Source of the DNA: an uncultured delta proteobacterium
GTDB lineage: Bacteria > Desulfobacterota > Binatia > UBA9968
Reading direction: 5' to 3'
NCBI GenBank assembly: GCA_963737905.1
Contig: CAVTUQ010000037.1
Coordinates: forward strand, 1-64,000
DNA length: 64,000 nt
A model generated the notes under the pieces. That model had not been told where the DNA came from and did no database searches. It saw only the letters and a list, made by a program, of their open reading frames with translations. The translations under genes were made by a program, and so were the position numbers. Positions 40,894-53,044 of the stretch are shown in pieces (positions within the stretch are counted from its first letter, which is position 1; each line of letters starts with the position of its first letter).

Positions 40894-42802
40894 TCATGAC
40901 TGCACCCCGGAAGAACACATCCAAAGCGCTACGGAAAGGCAACGCCAAAACCAATGTTCGCCGCCTCGACCCGAATCTATATTGGACAATAATCTGTTGC
41001 CTCTTAAGGGGAGAATTATGAGGAAGATTATCTAACCATTCGGAGATCTCCGGCCGGGCGGCTTCAACCCAGCGCCCTTGGGGTACCTCAAATCCTCTCT
41101 TTCGGCAACACCATACGACCTTGGCCGGGAGTAAGTCTTTCATTGCGACCCGCAAAGCGTATTTGGTCCAACCATTTAGAACCTTCCAATCTAAGGGTAA
41201 ACCCAGACCCAATTCGACAAGGTCAACCGAAAGGAGAGGAACTCTAGCTTCGACTCCGAACGCCATGGAGTTACGGTCTTCGAAACGAAGAAGCTGCGGC
41301 AGGCAAAACCGGGTCAGTTCGCCGACTTGCAGATCAAGGACGTTTTGCTGATTATTGTACATCTTATCTGCTACTTCAAATCGAGCTTGTCGCAGAAAGT
41401 CTTCTTCAACGAGCCCTGCAATCCGCTTCTTATTACGCCACTGGACTAAAGCGGGAGACGCAAAAAAGACATTGCTAAAAAGAATATTGGTTATTGACTG
41501 CGATGCATTATGTCTTAAGCTACCCAATTCATGAAATCCTGATGAAATCCTTCCCTTGGAAAGGTGCTCTCCGACCACGCGCATGGCGACACGTGGATAA
41601 CCCAAAAAAACTTCATCTCCGCCTTGACCGTCGAGCATAACCTTGAGCCCCAAATCGCGCGCATGTTGCATAACTTTCCGTTGACCCAACATCGACAGAC
41701 TTGGGAATGGCTCGTCCATTCCTTGGATCATTTCCCAAACATCCTTAGCCGCTTCTCCTTTTCTTGATTCGACTGTTTCCCAACTCACATTGACGCGCTC
41801 CGCAGTGGCGCGAGCCAGGTCAGATTCGTCGCCCTCGAAATTGGTGTTAGTCAAGGTCAAGGCTTTAAACGCAGAGGCATTGGAACCTAATATTTCTCCG
41901 ACGCTAGCCACTACACTGCCCGAGTCGAGTCCACCGGACAGGCAACTTCCCACCGGCACGTCGGACCGCAATTGCCGGCGCACGGCAACCTCTATCTGAT
42001 CACGAACCAGGGCCGGAATGTCTAAATTTTTTCCTATACTGTGCTGCCGGGGCTTCCAAAAAGGACGAGATGCCGAAGCAGAACCAGCGGAGTCAACTTC
42101 GAAAAAATGGCCTCCCTGTAGCTGTCTCACCTCTTGATAGCTCGTACCCTCATCGTGGTCAGAAATGCCAAGAACCAGGAATTCAGCGACGTGAGCTTTG
42201 TCCACGCTTCCGCGTATTCCCAACCCGGCGAGAATTGCACGCGGTTCTGATGCAAAGAGAAATACGCCATCTTGCTTCGTGAAGTAGAACGGCTTAATGC
42301 CCATCGGGTCGCGAGCACACAATAACTTCTTCGCCTGTATATCCCAAAGGGCGAAGGCAAACATACCGTCGAGGCGCTGGAGCATGTCGACGCCCCATTG
42401 TCGATATGCTTCCAAAAGAACTTCGGTATCGGTTCTGGTTCGAAACTCAACAGTTCGAGAGAGTTCCTCACGCAGTTCGATGTAATTATAAATTTCCCCA
42501 TTAAAAGTGATGCAATAGAGGCCATCGGCGCTAAACATTGGCTGCCGGCCGTTCGGACTGAGATCCAGAATGGAGAGGCGCTGGTGACCTAGAGCAAGGC
42601 GTGTGTCCGGTGATTCGATCCACTCTATATGCCCATCGTCACCAACTAACGCGTCCGGCTGAAATCCAAAGAACGTCATTCCCCAGTCATCCGGCCCTCT
42701 GTGCTTAATCGCGTGCAACATAACTGAGAGACGATCCCGAATTCTGGACCGAAGCAGTTGGTTAGCGTTGCTACTTTCTATGAACCCGGCAATGCCACAC
42801 AT
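40894..42802 (-). CDS. asnB: Asparagine synthetase-like amidotransferase, frameshift near 41005
   Basis: MCGIAG, HRGPD, FNGEIYNY, LSGGLDS, GQGGDE, DRNSMAFGVEARVP; alternative-frame end ..WRCLSVALWMCSSGVQS* at 40894. Confidence 0.88.
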
Positions 42803-42855
42803 GTGCTATTTGTTTGTATTCGAAAAATGCGAACCTATCGTCGCGCAGGATTGCC

Positions 42856-43387
42856 TTAACTTCTTTTGCCGGTCAGACCAACACCCCACAACTGTTTCTG
42901 AAACAAGCGCCTATAGGCTGCCGGAGATTGAAACGTTAATTATGTCAAACCCAAGATTTTCGAACCATTCAAGGATTTCATTATAACTGTGCCTATGGGC
43001 GTACCGAGGAGATAGCCAGTCTCTTAAATCATGCTCCGTGGTAAAGGTTTCTTGGACTGATTTTTCCCCAAGCTGCGGTACGCCACTCGGCACTCGATAG
43101 TTCGAGAGCGTTCGTAGCGCGTCTGCGTATTCCGTTGTAAACTTTTTGTGGAAATTGGTTTCAAATGTCAGCATTACAGGAACATAGGACCAGATGGGAT
43201 ACCACACTCCACAATGTTGGCACAGCAGTACTCCTTCTCTGACAATCTTTTCAGTTTTCTCTTGTCACAGTCCTTAGTTTCATCGGAATCGTGTTGGAAA
43301 TATTCGATATTCTCCTCGATGAAAGCCTTAGAATGAGGTCGCCCTTACAAGTCGGACAACGCAATGTATTGAAATTCTGCGGTTCAC
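42856..43387 (-). pseudogene. Trm112-like/methyltransferase fusion with the catalytic domain deleted
   Basis: LRCPTCKGDL and LLCQHCGVWYPI..VPVML are joined almost directly to DWLSPRYAHRHSYNEILEWF; there is no SAM motif; frameshifts present. Confidence 0.7.
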
Positions 43388-43395
43388 CGTGACTT

Positions 43396-44622
43396 TTAAT
43401 TGAGGGGTTCGGACAGTGCCGCAGTGTAGAGATCCAGCATCTCGGTAGCGTAATGCCTGGAGTCGAACAGCAATTCCATCCGGTGCCTAGCGCGCTGCCC
43501 CATTGCTCTTAATTTAGAAACCTGACCGGCATAAGCTATTAAACTATCCCTCCAAGCGCCCACGTCCCCAGCAGCTAAAACTAGCCCAGTGTCTCCGTCA
43601 ACAATGACTTCGGACATTCCTGCTATGTCAGTTCCAAAGACAGCGCGCCCGCAGGCGGATGCTTCCATGACGACGTTAGGCAAACCTTCTTGCATGCTGG
43701 GGACCAGCACCGCATCTGACAAATCGATGTATGCAGGAACCTTGTCTGGGTGGAGATGTCCTACCAAGCGGACTTTGTCCGGCTGCTGAAGCCCCGCTCG
43801 CCAATGAGATATGCGTTCAACATCTGAATTTGGTCCTGCGATTACTAGAGACACATCCGTCGAAATGAGAGCATCTTCGGCTTCTTTCCAAGCTGCAAGC
43901 AATGTTTCTCCCCCTTTTCTATTGGCGCCGTGCGGCGATTCGGGTTCCACCGGAAAACCACCTAGAAAAAGAAACACAGTCTCCTTTCGATCGCTGAGTC
44001 GACACCTGCCAGGTCCTAAAGGTTTGTACTTCTCTAGGTCGACACCTCGGTAAATCGTGCGGACGTTAGGAGCCTGAGCATAAAGCGCGACAAATCCGTT
44101 AGCTAAAGCACGACTATTGCACGCCACGCCGTGAAGATGCTTCTCCCAGCCCGCGACCAATGGGGAATGCATTCGCGCTGATATCAAAACAGGATCAAAA
44201 GTAACCTGTGTAACGTGATGCGCATGCGCCAAGCGTGCCCAGGTGCTAGCTATTGTCCCCACAAGCGCCGCATCGACTGAATGGATGAGATTACAGGACT
44301 CCAAGAACGGTCGGACGAGAGGCCAACCAAGATATCGATATAGAAATATGTTCAAATTACCGCCTCCCGGCAGCTGTGGAACAGCAACGGTTATTACGCG
44401 TATTCCGTCAAACTCTGAAATCTCGACCATACGCCGGTTTGGCTTCCAGGCACGCAAATACAACACTGTTACGTCTACTACCCGCCTCAACGCCTGTGCA
44501 GCGCGCAAATTAAAAACACCACTATTGGGCCTGTCATCATTTGGAAAACCTATTACGACCAAGGCAACTCGAATTCTGCGGGGCTGTTTGTCCGAAAGTA
44601 TGCCTGTCATTTTCTCTTGCAC
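43396..44622 (-). CDS. GT4 glycosyltransferase
   Basis: PSMQEGLPNVVMEASACG (EX7E motif). Confidence 0.88.
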   Translation of the reverse strand: MQEKMTGILSDKQPRRIRVALVVIGFPNDDRPNSGVFNLRAAQALRRVVDVTVLYLRAWKPNRRMVEISEFDGIRVITVAVPQLPGGGNLNIFLYRYLGWPLVRPFLESCNLIHSVDAALVGTIASTWARLAHAHHVTQVTFDPVLISARMHSPLVAGWEKHLHGVACNSRALANGFVALYAQAPNVRTIYRGVDLEKYKPLGPGRCRLSDRKETVFLFLGGFPVEPESPHGANRKGGETLLAAWKEAEDALISTDVSLVIAGPNSDVERISHWRAGLQQPDKVRLVGHLHPDKVPAYIDLSDAVLVPSMQEGLPNVVMEASACGRAVFGTDIAGMSEVIVDGDTGLVLAAGDVGAWRDSLIAYAGQVSKLRAMGQRARHRMELLFDSRHYATEMLDLYTAALSEPLN

Positions 44623-44681
44623 GCTGTCGTGTTAGAAGTCATAGTTGCTGACTTTCGATTGATTGTAAGCTTGTGCAAGGA

Positions 44682-46024
44682 TTATGCAGCAACTTCAGGA
44701 GGACGGCGTAAGTGCGGTTCCCGGCTTGCATTACTAGGAACCGGATCGGCTTGTATGCGTTTCGGCGACCCGACTGGAAGATAACTGGCGCTACTCAGAG
44801 CGTAGGCTAACACAACCCAGAAGAGTTTGTCATAATGAGATGATCCACTCATTCCGCGGTAAGAAAAAAAGTAGCAGCGACATGGGCAAAGCTCCTTGAA
44901 TGCCTTGACGCGAACGCCATGCCGCGCGCCAACAAAGCCATAGCCCGATCAAGAACGGTACAGCTCCCAATAGACCTGTCTCAGTCAATAACCAAAGATA
45001 CACACTATGCGGATCTCTAGGTGTACGAAGGCTAAGACGGGACCCGATTTCAGAGAGGAAATTCCGGGACCCCATCCTGCTAAAGGTTTTTCCAAAAACA
45101 TTTCCCAGGCTGCCGAATAAATAGCATCTCTGCCAGCAGTATCCCCCTCATAATAAGTTCTTTCCCACCGTTCCCGTATGGGTTGAATCTCGTAGGAGAG
45201 CCAACCCAAGGAAACAAGCGCTAGAATAACAACAGTCCCAATTTTGAGCTTAAACTTCAGGCTTTTGCCTTTTAGAAAAAGAACCAACAAACCTGCCGTT
45301 ATCGCTACGGCAACTCCACGAGATCCAGTAATTACGATCGAGATCGCCAAAACGCCGGAACATAACCAGAAAAGCAAACGGGTTTGTAAGTCACTTTTTT
45401 CACGCCCGTAGGCCAGCCCTATAATTGTAAGCAGCCCGAGCGATAAAATCTCGGCAATAATGTTTTCATTGGAATCGAAGGCTGCCTGCCGATCCTGAGC
45501 CGCAATATCACCTGTCATACCAAGAGATTGTAAGCCCGCTACGATGATGCACGACACTGCCAGTGTCAGGAGAGCACCCTTTGTGATCCTCTCATATTGC
45601 ATAAGATTGTAGGAAATCCAAAAAACGACAAGCAGCTGGACAAGCCCTTTTATTCCCTGGATGACCAGCTCTATAACGTCTGGCTCTGACCCAAAGCTCA
45701 CAATTATCTTTGAACCCAAGGCGACGTATACGACTAGATAGACTGCAAACCACCAAAATGCGTTTGGCGGAAGCCGCAAGTGGAAACGCCGCCTGTTCAC
45801 GAGCGCCACGGCCATCGTGACTGCGACAAGGATTAACCCAAGTATTTTGGCAACGGGAACCCGCCGATTTCTATATCCGCTTTCTCCAATGGTAAAGAAA
45901 AAATGAAAGCATAGTAGACATAGCGAACTATGGAGGTAGGAACGAAGGATGCGACGCGTACCCGTCCCCCCAAAAACTCACCTCTGTCAATGTATCTTTG
46001 CTCGAGGATTGGTTTCATGCTCAT
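44682..46024 (-). pseudogene. Wzy/O-antigen ligase family polymerase, about 3 frameshifts
   Basis: TGSRG, AGRDAIY..AWEMFLEKPLAGWG and PHSVYLWLLTETGLLG are split over ORFs 45833, 44985 and 44830. Confidence 0.8.
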
Positions 46025-46215
46025 CGATAGAGCACAGAATGTGGGAGCTTCACAGCAATCTAGTTGTATACGTTAGCAGAAAGGCAGGATCTCACGAAAT
46101 AGACGGACGATTAGAGGATATCGCATCACGTCAAAGGGAAAACCAACGAAATCGAATACGGGTCATGCCGTGGTGTGACGCAACTTTGAACGGCCCCCAC
46201 TTATCTAAAGGAGAC

Positions 46216-47151
46216 CTACAAACGCGTAACTCGGTCGGTATTGACCCAATCGGTGAGCTTTTCCCTAAGTTCAGTCCCCCTCTTGAAGGTCTGTGCCCCG
46301 AGTAAGGAAAGACAGAATCTAAAATAACTTCTAATATCAAAAGGATATAGCTTTATAGCCTTTAAAAGAGCCTCTCTACCTTTACCAATCTCTCCAACGA
46401 GACAATAAAATACTCCAAGACGATGGTAGCGATCGCTCAAATGTTTCTTATCTAAGGCAAGGAAGTGCTCATACTTCCTGTTAAACATTTCCATGCCCTT
46501 AATCATCAGCTCGTAATCGTGGGACAGCTTATTCTCGTGGACGTAATAATTAACCAAAGCATCTCGAATATATTCAAAGTGAAATTCTCTTGAGATGCGA
46601 GTCCACATATCATAGTCAGCCCCAAACGGTATACTCACGTCGAACAATCCGACCTTTTCAAAGCAGGCTTTTCTTATAAGAACCGTGGAAGGAGTTGCAA
46701 CCCAATTCTGGATAAACATATCATGAAAGATGTTTCCTCGCTTTGTGGGTACTCTTCGAGCGAGGGTTTTTCCGGTTTTTCTGTCGATTTTGAGAAAACC
46801 GGTATAAACGCCGCCGACAAACAGCGAACTACTGTCCATCAAATCGACTTGCCTTTGTAGCTTGTCCGGCATCCATTCATCATCGTCGTCTAGGAAGGCG
46901 ATATATTCGCCCTTTGAGTTCTCCACTCCGGTATTTCTCGCTCCACCTTCCTTCTTGTTGGTTTCGTGTCGTATGTATCTAATTCTCCGATCGCTAAAAG
47001 ATTGTACCACCCCGGGAGTATTGTCCTTAGAAGCGTCATCCACCACGATCAGTTCAAAATCCTGAAATGTCTGGTTCAGTACGCTCTTAATGGCTGAACG
47101 CAGAAGCTCAGCACGATTGTAGGTGATAATGATCACACTGACTTTCAGCAA
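46216..47151 (-). CDS. GT2 glycosyltransferase
   Basis: VSVIIITYNR, VDDAS, FLDDDD, ADYDMW. Confidence 0.92.
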   Translation of the reverse strand: MLKVSVIIITYNRAELLRSAIKSVLNQTFQDFELIVVDDASKDNTPGVVQSFSDRRIRYIRHETNKKEGGARNTGVENSKGEYIAFLDDDDEWMPDKLQRQVDLMDSSSLFVGGVYTGFLKIDRKTGKTLARRVPTKRGNIFHDMFIQNWVATPSTVLIRKACFEKVGLFDVSIPFGADYDMWTRISREFHFEYIRDALVNYYVHENKLSHDYELMIKGMEMFNRKYEHFLALDKKHLSDRYHRLGVFYCLVGEIGKGREALLKAIKLYPFDIRSYFRFCLSLLGAQTFKRGTELREKLTDWVNTDRVTRL

Positions 47152-47179
47152 CTTTATTACTCCTGTAAATTAGCCATGT

Positions 47180-48097
47180 CTAACTTCTGGCTAAAAACGT
47201 CAGAAGATTGGTTTTGGCGTCTTTGAACTTTACAAACCTGGCCGGCCCGAGGAGAGAGAGACAGAGGTTGAAATAGTGCCTAATCTCAAACGGATATAAT
47301 CGTATCGCCTGTAAATAAGACCTTCTCGCTGCAGCCCTGCTCCCTTGATAGCAGAAACTTACCCCAAGATTCAGGTACTGATAACTAAGATATTTTCGAA
47401 AGGCGGCGGAGTCCCCATATTTCACTAACATGATCTCCATTCCGTCACCCAACGCGTCAGGGTTGCCCCAGATTTTTTTTGGATGGACATAATATTTGAG
47501 TAGAGGCTCTTTAATATGATCGAATCGAAATTCTTGCGAAATGCGAATCCAGAGATCGTAATCCTGAAAACTCGGTAAAGTTTCATCGAACATACCCACT
47601 TTCTTGAAACACTCTCTTTTCAAAAGAACAGACGACGTCCCGCCGAGACAATTACGAATCAACAGCTCTTTGGATAAATCCCCTCTTTTCCCAGGAACGA
47701 TTTGGCCAATTGTTTTTCCACTGGATTTATCGACGGTCACGTAACCCGTGTATACGCACCCGACTTCTGGGGGGCTAGCGAGCAACAGGGCTATCTGACG
47801 AGCGAGCTTCTCCGGAAACCATTCATCGTCGTCGTCCAGGAACGCTATGTAGTCGCATTTTGAATTCGCAATGCCGGTATTGCGCGCCGCCGAGCCTCCT
47901 TTCCGGGTTTTGTGGCGGATAAATTTAATACGCTGATCATCGAAGCTGCTGACAACCTCATGGGTATTGTCACTCGAGGCGTCGTCCACCACTATGATTT
48001 CGAAATCTTGAAAGCTTTGCTCTAATACACTGGAAATCGCACTGCGAAGAAATTCAGCGCGATTATGGGTCGGAATAATGACGGTGACTCTCGCCAT
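47180..48097 (-). CDS. GT2 glycosyltransferase, paralog of 46216
   Basis: IIPTHNR, FLDDDD, QDYDLW. Confidence 0.92.
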   Translation of the reverse strand: MARVTVIIPTHNRAEFLRSAISSVLEQSFQDFEIIVVDDASSDNTHEVVSSFDDQRIKFIRHKTRKGGSAARNTGIANSKCDYIAFLDDDDEWFPEKLARQIALLLASPPEVGCVYTGYVTVDKSSGKTIGQIVPGKRGDLSKELLIRNCLGGTSSVLLKRECFKKVGMFDETLPSFQDYDLWIRISQEFRFDHIKEPLLKYYVHPKKIWGNPDALGDGMEIMLVKYGDSAAFRKYLSYQYLNLGVSFCYQGSRAAARRSYLQAIRLYPFEIRHYFNLCLSLLGPARFVKFKDAKTNLLTFLARS

Positions 48098-48308
48098 TCT
48101 TACTATACCGTTTCAATCTTAGTTTTGATGGACAATACTACTTTGGAACCCGACTCGAACGGCCTAACCGGTGATTAACTACGCGCAACCGACGATACTT
48201 ACGGAATCACCGACGGCAACCCTTTTGCGCGATCCTCCCCGGGTATGAAGTTTCCTCGCCTGTCGAGGTGGTGTGCTGGGTGCTTTAAAATCCCGGTTAA
48301 ATTTATAG

Positions 48309-49990
48309 TCACTGCCCATCGATCGTTCGGCCTAACATTCTGCTCAAATCCAAGCTTATCTTCCCGCGGGCCTTGCTCTCATGCCCTTTTAACCGATACA
48401 GCGAAAGCGCGTTGGCTGTTCAATTCCGTCTTGAGTCAATGGATAGTTACCCAACAGCTCCCACCGATCCCGATATGCAAGCAAAGTTTCTTTGAGAACC
48501 GAATGATGCTCAACCGGACGCAAGCCAGAATTATCAATCACAACTACACCTACCGGCACCTCCTCCAAGTATTTCATCATCTCTGTTGGAGTTGGGTAAA
48601 CCAGTTTATACTCTTTACCAACCCAGCTACTGCTGGCCAAGACCTTGCTTGCGCGGAGAACAATATGACCGGGCCTTTTTTCGTGCATGGCAACTTCCGA
48701 AATAAACATCCCTTCTGCGTCCCCAGTCCCCACATAGTCGGCGGAGACTAAAAATACAGAATTCCGCAATCCAGGGTTTGAGCCGAGAAATTGAGCAGCG
48801 GTCCGCTAGTCCGGACCATGCCTTCTTAGGAATCGAAAAAGTTTCTACAATAAAGACCAGTGCCACGGCGAAAGCTAAGATTCCCTCTTTCCCGCGAGCA
48901 GAAAGATGATGTAACGGCAATTGGCTAGCCAACCAGACCAGACCAGCGATAAGAAACACAATCAATGCCGGCACAGCCACCGTCATATACCTTTCAGCAA
49001 GCCCGGTCGGAATTATGCAGTGAAATATCCAAGTACTTACTAACAAAGCACCAATAGCAGCCCAGATTCCCTTAGCCCCTTGATGACCAAGCGGTTTCAG
49101 AACTCGCGCGAAAAATCCGGCAGCGACAAGAAACGACAGCCCAACTCCGATAATTTGGACCAAACTCCAGGAATAGTAATAAATAGCGGTAGCCGTATAC
49201 TTCAGAGACGGGCTATCTTCCGCCCACGTGCCCCCTACCATTCTCAGGGTTAACCAATACCAAGGACCGCACAAAACCAACACAATGACCGCCGGCCACC
49301 AAAAACTTACTTGAAAGACCAGACGAAAGCGACGGCAAAAAAGCAAAGCCAATGGAGGAACCAAAATCAAAATTAACCCATTCCCCTTGGTCAAGATGGC
49401 GAGCGCGGCGAAAATGCCGAAGCCGGTTGCCTCCCTTAATTTGCCCGTATCCAAAAATCGACCGAAGCATATTACCGCTAGGAAAATCAGCAGAGCTCCA
49501 AGTATTTCCGTCATCACCATGCCGCTGTAGGATTGGATCAGCGGCAATGCGATCAAAAGCAGCCCAGCAAAGATCCCCAAATTCGCTCCGAACTCATTTC
49601 GGGTTACCATGTAAACCGTCCAAGCCAAGGATCGCAGTCAGTACCGACATCAACAAGATTACAGAACCACGCGACGCAGAGAACGGTAAGGTCCACAGCG
49701 CTTGTACGACATAGAAAGTGGGCGGCCAGTGCCCAAGAGCAACTTCTGGATAATGCACATAGTAATTTTCAGCGAACTCCATGGGTCCACTGAAGTTTAG
49801 ACTGGCTAAATTGGCCAAATAGTCTCTCACCATTAACCCGGTAATGTAATGAGCCGGCTCGTCACCTTGCCCGCCAAATTCGCTGGTAAATGCTCCGCTG
49901 TATAGCTGGAGCGTGACTTGGACTCCAAATAGGAGCAGAAAGACCAGGGCATTAAAGACAGCCGAGCTGTCTTTAGTTTCATTAACGGTA
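48309..49990 (-). pseudogene. GT-C (GT39-like) membrane glycosyltransferase, several frameshifts
   Basis: DEPAHYITGLMVRDY..HYPEVALGHWPP, AILTKGN and many TMs across ORFs 49594, 48627 and 48389; start uncertain. Confidence 0.7.
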
Positions 49991-49994
49991 GAAG

Positions 49995-50447
49995 TTATCG
50001 ACGTCGTAACAAATCTCCACGTCGTGTGTCGTTTAATTTTTGTCGGACGCTAACCCACGCCGATAATTTTTCCCTAAACTCATGTCCTCTCTTGGAGTTC
50101 TCGGCGCCAAACAGCGATAGAAACAACCTAAAATAGTACCGAATATCGAACGGATACAATTTTATCGCCGCCACAAGAGCTTTTCTTCCTTTTCCAGTCT
50201 TTCCCGTACAGCAGTAAAACACTCCGAGACGGTGGTACCGATCACTATAATTTTTTTATCTCGCCTAAGTATCCTGTCATACTTTGTATTAATCGTTTCC
50301 ATCCCTTCGATTATAAGTTCGTAATTGGTTGATGGCGTTCCCACGTAATTCTGAACGAGCATATCTTGAAAGATGTCTCCTCTCTTCGTGGGTATTATTT
50401 GCTCAAGCGCCCTCCCGGTTGTCCTGTCTATTTTAACAAAACCCGTT
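49995..50447 (-). pseudogene. GT2 remnant (paralog of 46216) lacking the N-terminus and ~55 internal codons
   Basis: TGFVKIDRTTG..PTKRGDIFQD..GTPST|NYEL..SDRYHRLGVFYC..IKLYPFDIR is colinear with the 46216 protein. Confidence 0.85.
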
Positions 50448-51682
50448 CAGTAAATGCCGATATATCCTTACGAGTCGATCATTAAGCCTGTCAATGTTGT
50501 AATGTTCTTCGACAAATTGTCTCCCCTTAGAGCCCATAACAGAGCGCAACTCGGGCCGTTCGATCAAATATTTCAATCTATCTGCTAGACTATCGACGTC
50601 CCGCTCCGAAACCAAAAAACCCGACTCACCGTCCTGGATGACTTCAGGAACTCCGGCATGGTAGGTGCTAACCACGGGCAGCCCAGAAGCGAATGCCTCC
50701 ATGATCACTCCAGGGATTCCTTCCTCGTCACCTTTTTCCGTTGTCACACTGGGAGCCATCAGGATATCCGACTCTTGTAACAGTTCAGCAATTTCATCTT
50801 GCGACCTCCACCCGAGCAATTCGATACTGTCACCGACTTTCAGTTCCGATATCAAACTATCCAAATTTTCACGGGACGGCCCGTCGCCCGCAATCTTATA
50901 TTCAAATATGCCGATGTTTCTGTAGCACTTTGGCAACTGCGCGAATCCCGTATTCGACTCCCTTTTTTTCGGAAAGCCGGGCGACCGTCAGGACTCTCAC
51001 CTTTCCGTCTGGTTTCGGTTACTCTCGGACGGAATCCATATTGCTTTATGTCCACGCCCGATCTGTGAACAACGATCTTTCGCTCGTCGCAGCCAAGGCT
51101 TACCAATTTGTCTTTGATATTTTCGCTCACACACAAGAAGAGATCGCCTAGCGTAAGGAGATCTTCGTAGACGCCTTTGCCGTAAAAATTTACATAAGAT
51201 GAAATATCGTAGCCCCGAAACGAAATGATAAGTTTCCCGCGAAAGAGCCCCGCGTCTTTGAGTAGAAGACCCAATTCTCCGAGATTGCCGAATTGGCAAT
51301 GAATAATATCGTAGGGGCCTTTACCCAAAAAGGGAGTGACCTGACAAAGAACCTGTAGCAACAGCGCGCCTTTGCCAAACTTGGCGACATTGAGCGTTTT
51401 TAAAACTACAGTCGGGTCTTTGTGAAAATTTGTGAAAATCAGACCTATGCGTTTTATGAGCCGAACCGGTCGCTGCCTCTGAACAGGCGCAGGCAGTCAG
51501 ATAGCATGTGCGCTTCAATAGATCGTATTTTTCGATATCTGAATGCTCAATAGGGATCCTTGCCTCGACCATAGGCAAAAATATCTACTTCATGTCCGCG
51601 GTTTAGTAGGCCGATAATCTGCCGTAAGAATAAAGGTCTGGGACAGAGCAGGAAATTGGTCGACAATGAAAGCGATTTTCAT
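50433..51682 (-). pseudogene. WcaL-like GT4 glycosyltransferase, multiple frameshifts
   Basis: MKIAFIVDQFPALSQTFIL, DIIHCQFG, SFRGYDIS, GDEEGIPGVIMEA. Confidence 0.82.
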
Positions 51683-51711
51683 GTTGTAAGAGTCTCTGCG
51701 ACCTACGAACA

Positions 51712-51853
51712 AGAACTCGGATATCTCACCGCGGAGGCGCCGAGAACGAGTATTTGCAAGGAGCATAGAGCATGGTGTTTCCTCAGCCCCTTGCCCTATG
51801 CGCTTTGCGCTTTGCTGTTAATGCTCTGCGAACTCTGTGTCTCTGTGGTGAAT
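51712..51853. repeat. AGAG-family REPIN enclosing 7-nt (GAGCATA/TGCGCTT) repeats
   Basis: TCACCGCGGAGGCGCCGAG ... GGAGCATAGAGCATGG ... TATGCGCTTTGCGCTTTGC ... CTCTGCGAACTCTGTGTCTCTGTGGTGAA. Confidence 0.8.
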
Positions 51854-51894
51854 AATCCGTGACCGATAATGTTTTTGCTCCCACAAGGCCAGAG

Positions 51895-52929
51895 CTAAGC
51901 CCGCGAAGAAACGTATTTCCAATTTCGTTTTAGCTGCCGGAGCAACTCGTATAACCGAGTTCCGTAAAAAATGGAGAGAAAGTGTCTGAAAGACGGTAGC
52001 TGGCGGAACTTGAAGTACTTCAATACCTTTATTGAGGCGATGAAACGTTCAAAAGGTGACGTAGCCCTTCTTGCTCTGCCGTAATTGGCTCTTGAGAAAA
52101 ATTGCAGACCTTCTCTGAAGACTTCGTCTTTGTTCTCCGGCGCCAGGTCGCGCATTAAAGTGAGCAAAGCTAGCGAGTCTTCGCACCATTCGTTAATGTT
52201 TGCCGCAAAACCCATTTTGTCATCGTGAATTCGGGCGCTGGCCTTCACTTTCGGCACGTCGATTCTGCCGTATTCGGCAGCTAGCCGGACTACAGCCATG
52301 GTGTCGTCGTAGCAATTGTGTTTCGATTTGAAGCCGCCGATTTCTCTCAATCTTTGGGTATTAAATAAGGTGCTGCAGAGATAGATGGTGGTTTGGTTCG
52401 AGAACCATCGCCGAAAAAACTCAGCAATTGGAAGGTCGGCAACTAGATTAGGAACTTCGGATAAAACATCGCCTCGCGAGTTGATCAGGCGCGTCCCCGT
52501 TCGAATAATACCGACATCCGATTTGCCGTTGCTAGCTTGGATACACGACTCAACGAAATCATTGTCAATCAGGTCATCGTCGTTAAGCACCACCAAGTAT
52601 TTTCCTTTTGCTTGTTCCACGCAGAAATTAAAGTTGGCGGTGGCTCCAACATTGGCCTCGTGGCAAAAATACCGTAGCCGCGGGTTGGCGATGCTGGTCA
52701 CAAAAGCCTTTGTATTATCGACCGAGCAATTGTCGGAGACAATGATATCGAGATTGGGGTAAGTTTGTTCTAGAGCGCTTCGCAGAGCTTGGGGCAAATA
52801 ACTACCCGCTCTGTTGTAAGTGGGAATGGCGATGGTAACGAGGGGAGACGAGGGACGAGGGACCGCGGACCGGGGACCGGGGACGGAGGAGAGTTGAGTG
52901 TCGATGGTTGAGGGAGGCGGGGGAAACAT
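51895..52929 (-). CDS. GT2 glycosyltransferase
   Basis: VTIAIPTYNR, SDNCS, LNDDD. Confidence 0.9.
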   Translation of the reverse strand: MFPPPPSTIDTQLSSVPGPRSAVPRPSSPLVTIAIPTYNRAGSYLPQALRSALEQTYPNLDIIVSDNCSVDNTKAFVTSIANPRLRYFCHEANVGATANFNFCVEQAKGKYLVVLNDDDLIDNDFVESCIQASNGKSDVGIIRTGTRLINSRGDVLSEVPNLVADLPIAEFFRRWFSNQTTIYLCSTLFNTQRLREIGGFKSKHNCYDDTMAVVRLAAEYGRIDVPKVKASARIHDDKMGFAANINEWCEDSLALLTLMRDLAPENKDEVFREGLQFFSRANYGRARRATSPFERFIASIKVLKYFKFRQLPSFRHFLSIFYGTRLYELLRQLKRNWKYVSSRA

Positions 52930-52993
52930 AGGTGGCAGCTTTTTAGATGGTTCAGAGTTGAGAGTTGAGAGTTCAGGGTTGAGTGTCGAGGGC
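52838..52993. repeat. Degenerate heptamer tandem repeats (GGGACNG / GAGAGTT types)
   Basis: GAGGGACGAGGGACCGCGGACCGGGGACCGGGGAC and GAGTTGAGAGTTGAGAGTT, partly inside the CDS 5' end. Confidence 0.75.
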
Positions 52994-53044
52994 CAAAAAA
53001 TGGTTTGTCAGATTTGCGCTAAGTACGGGGCGCAAAAAGTTCTC

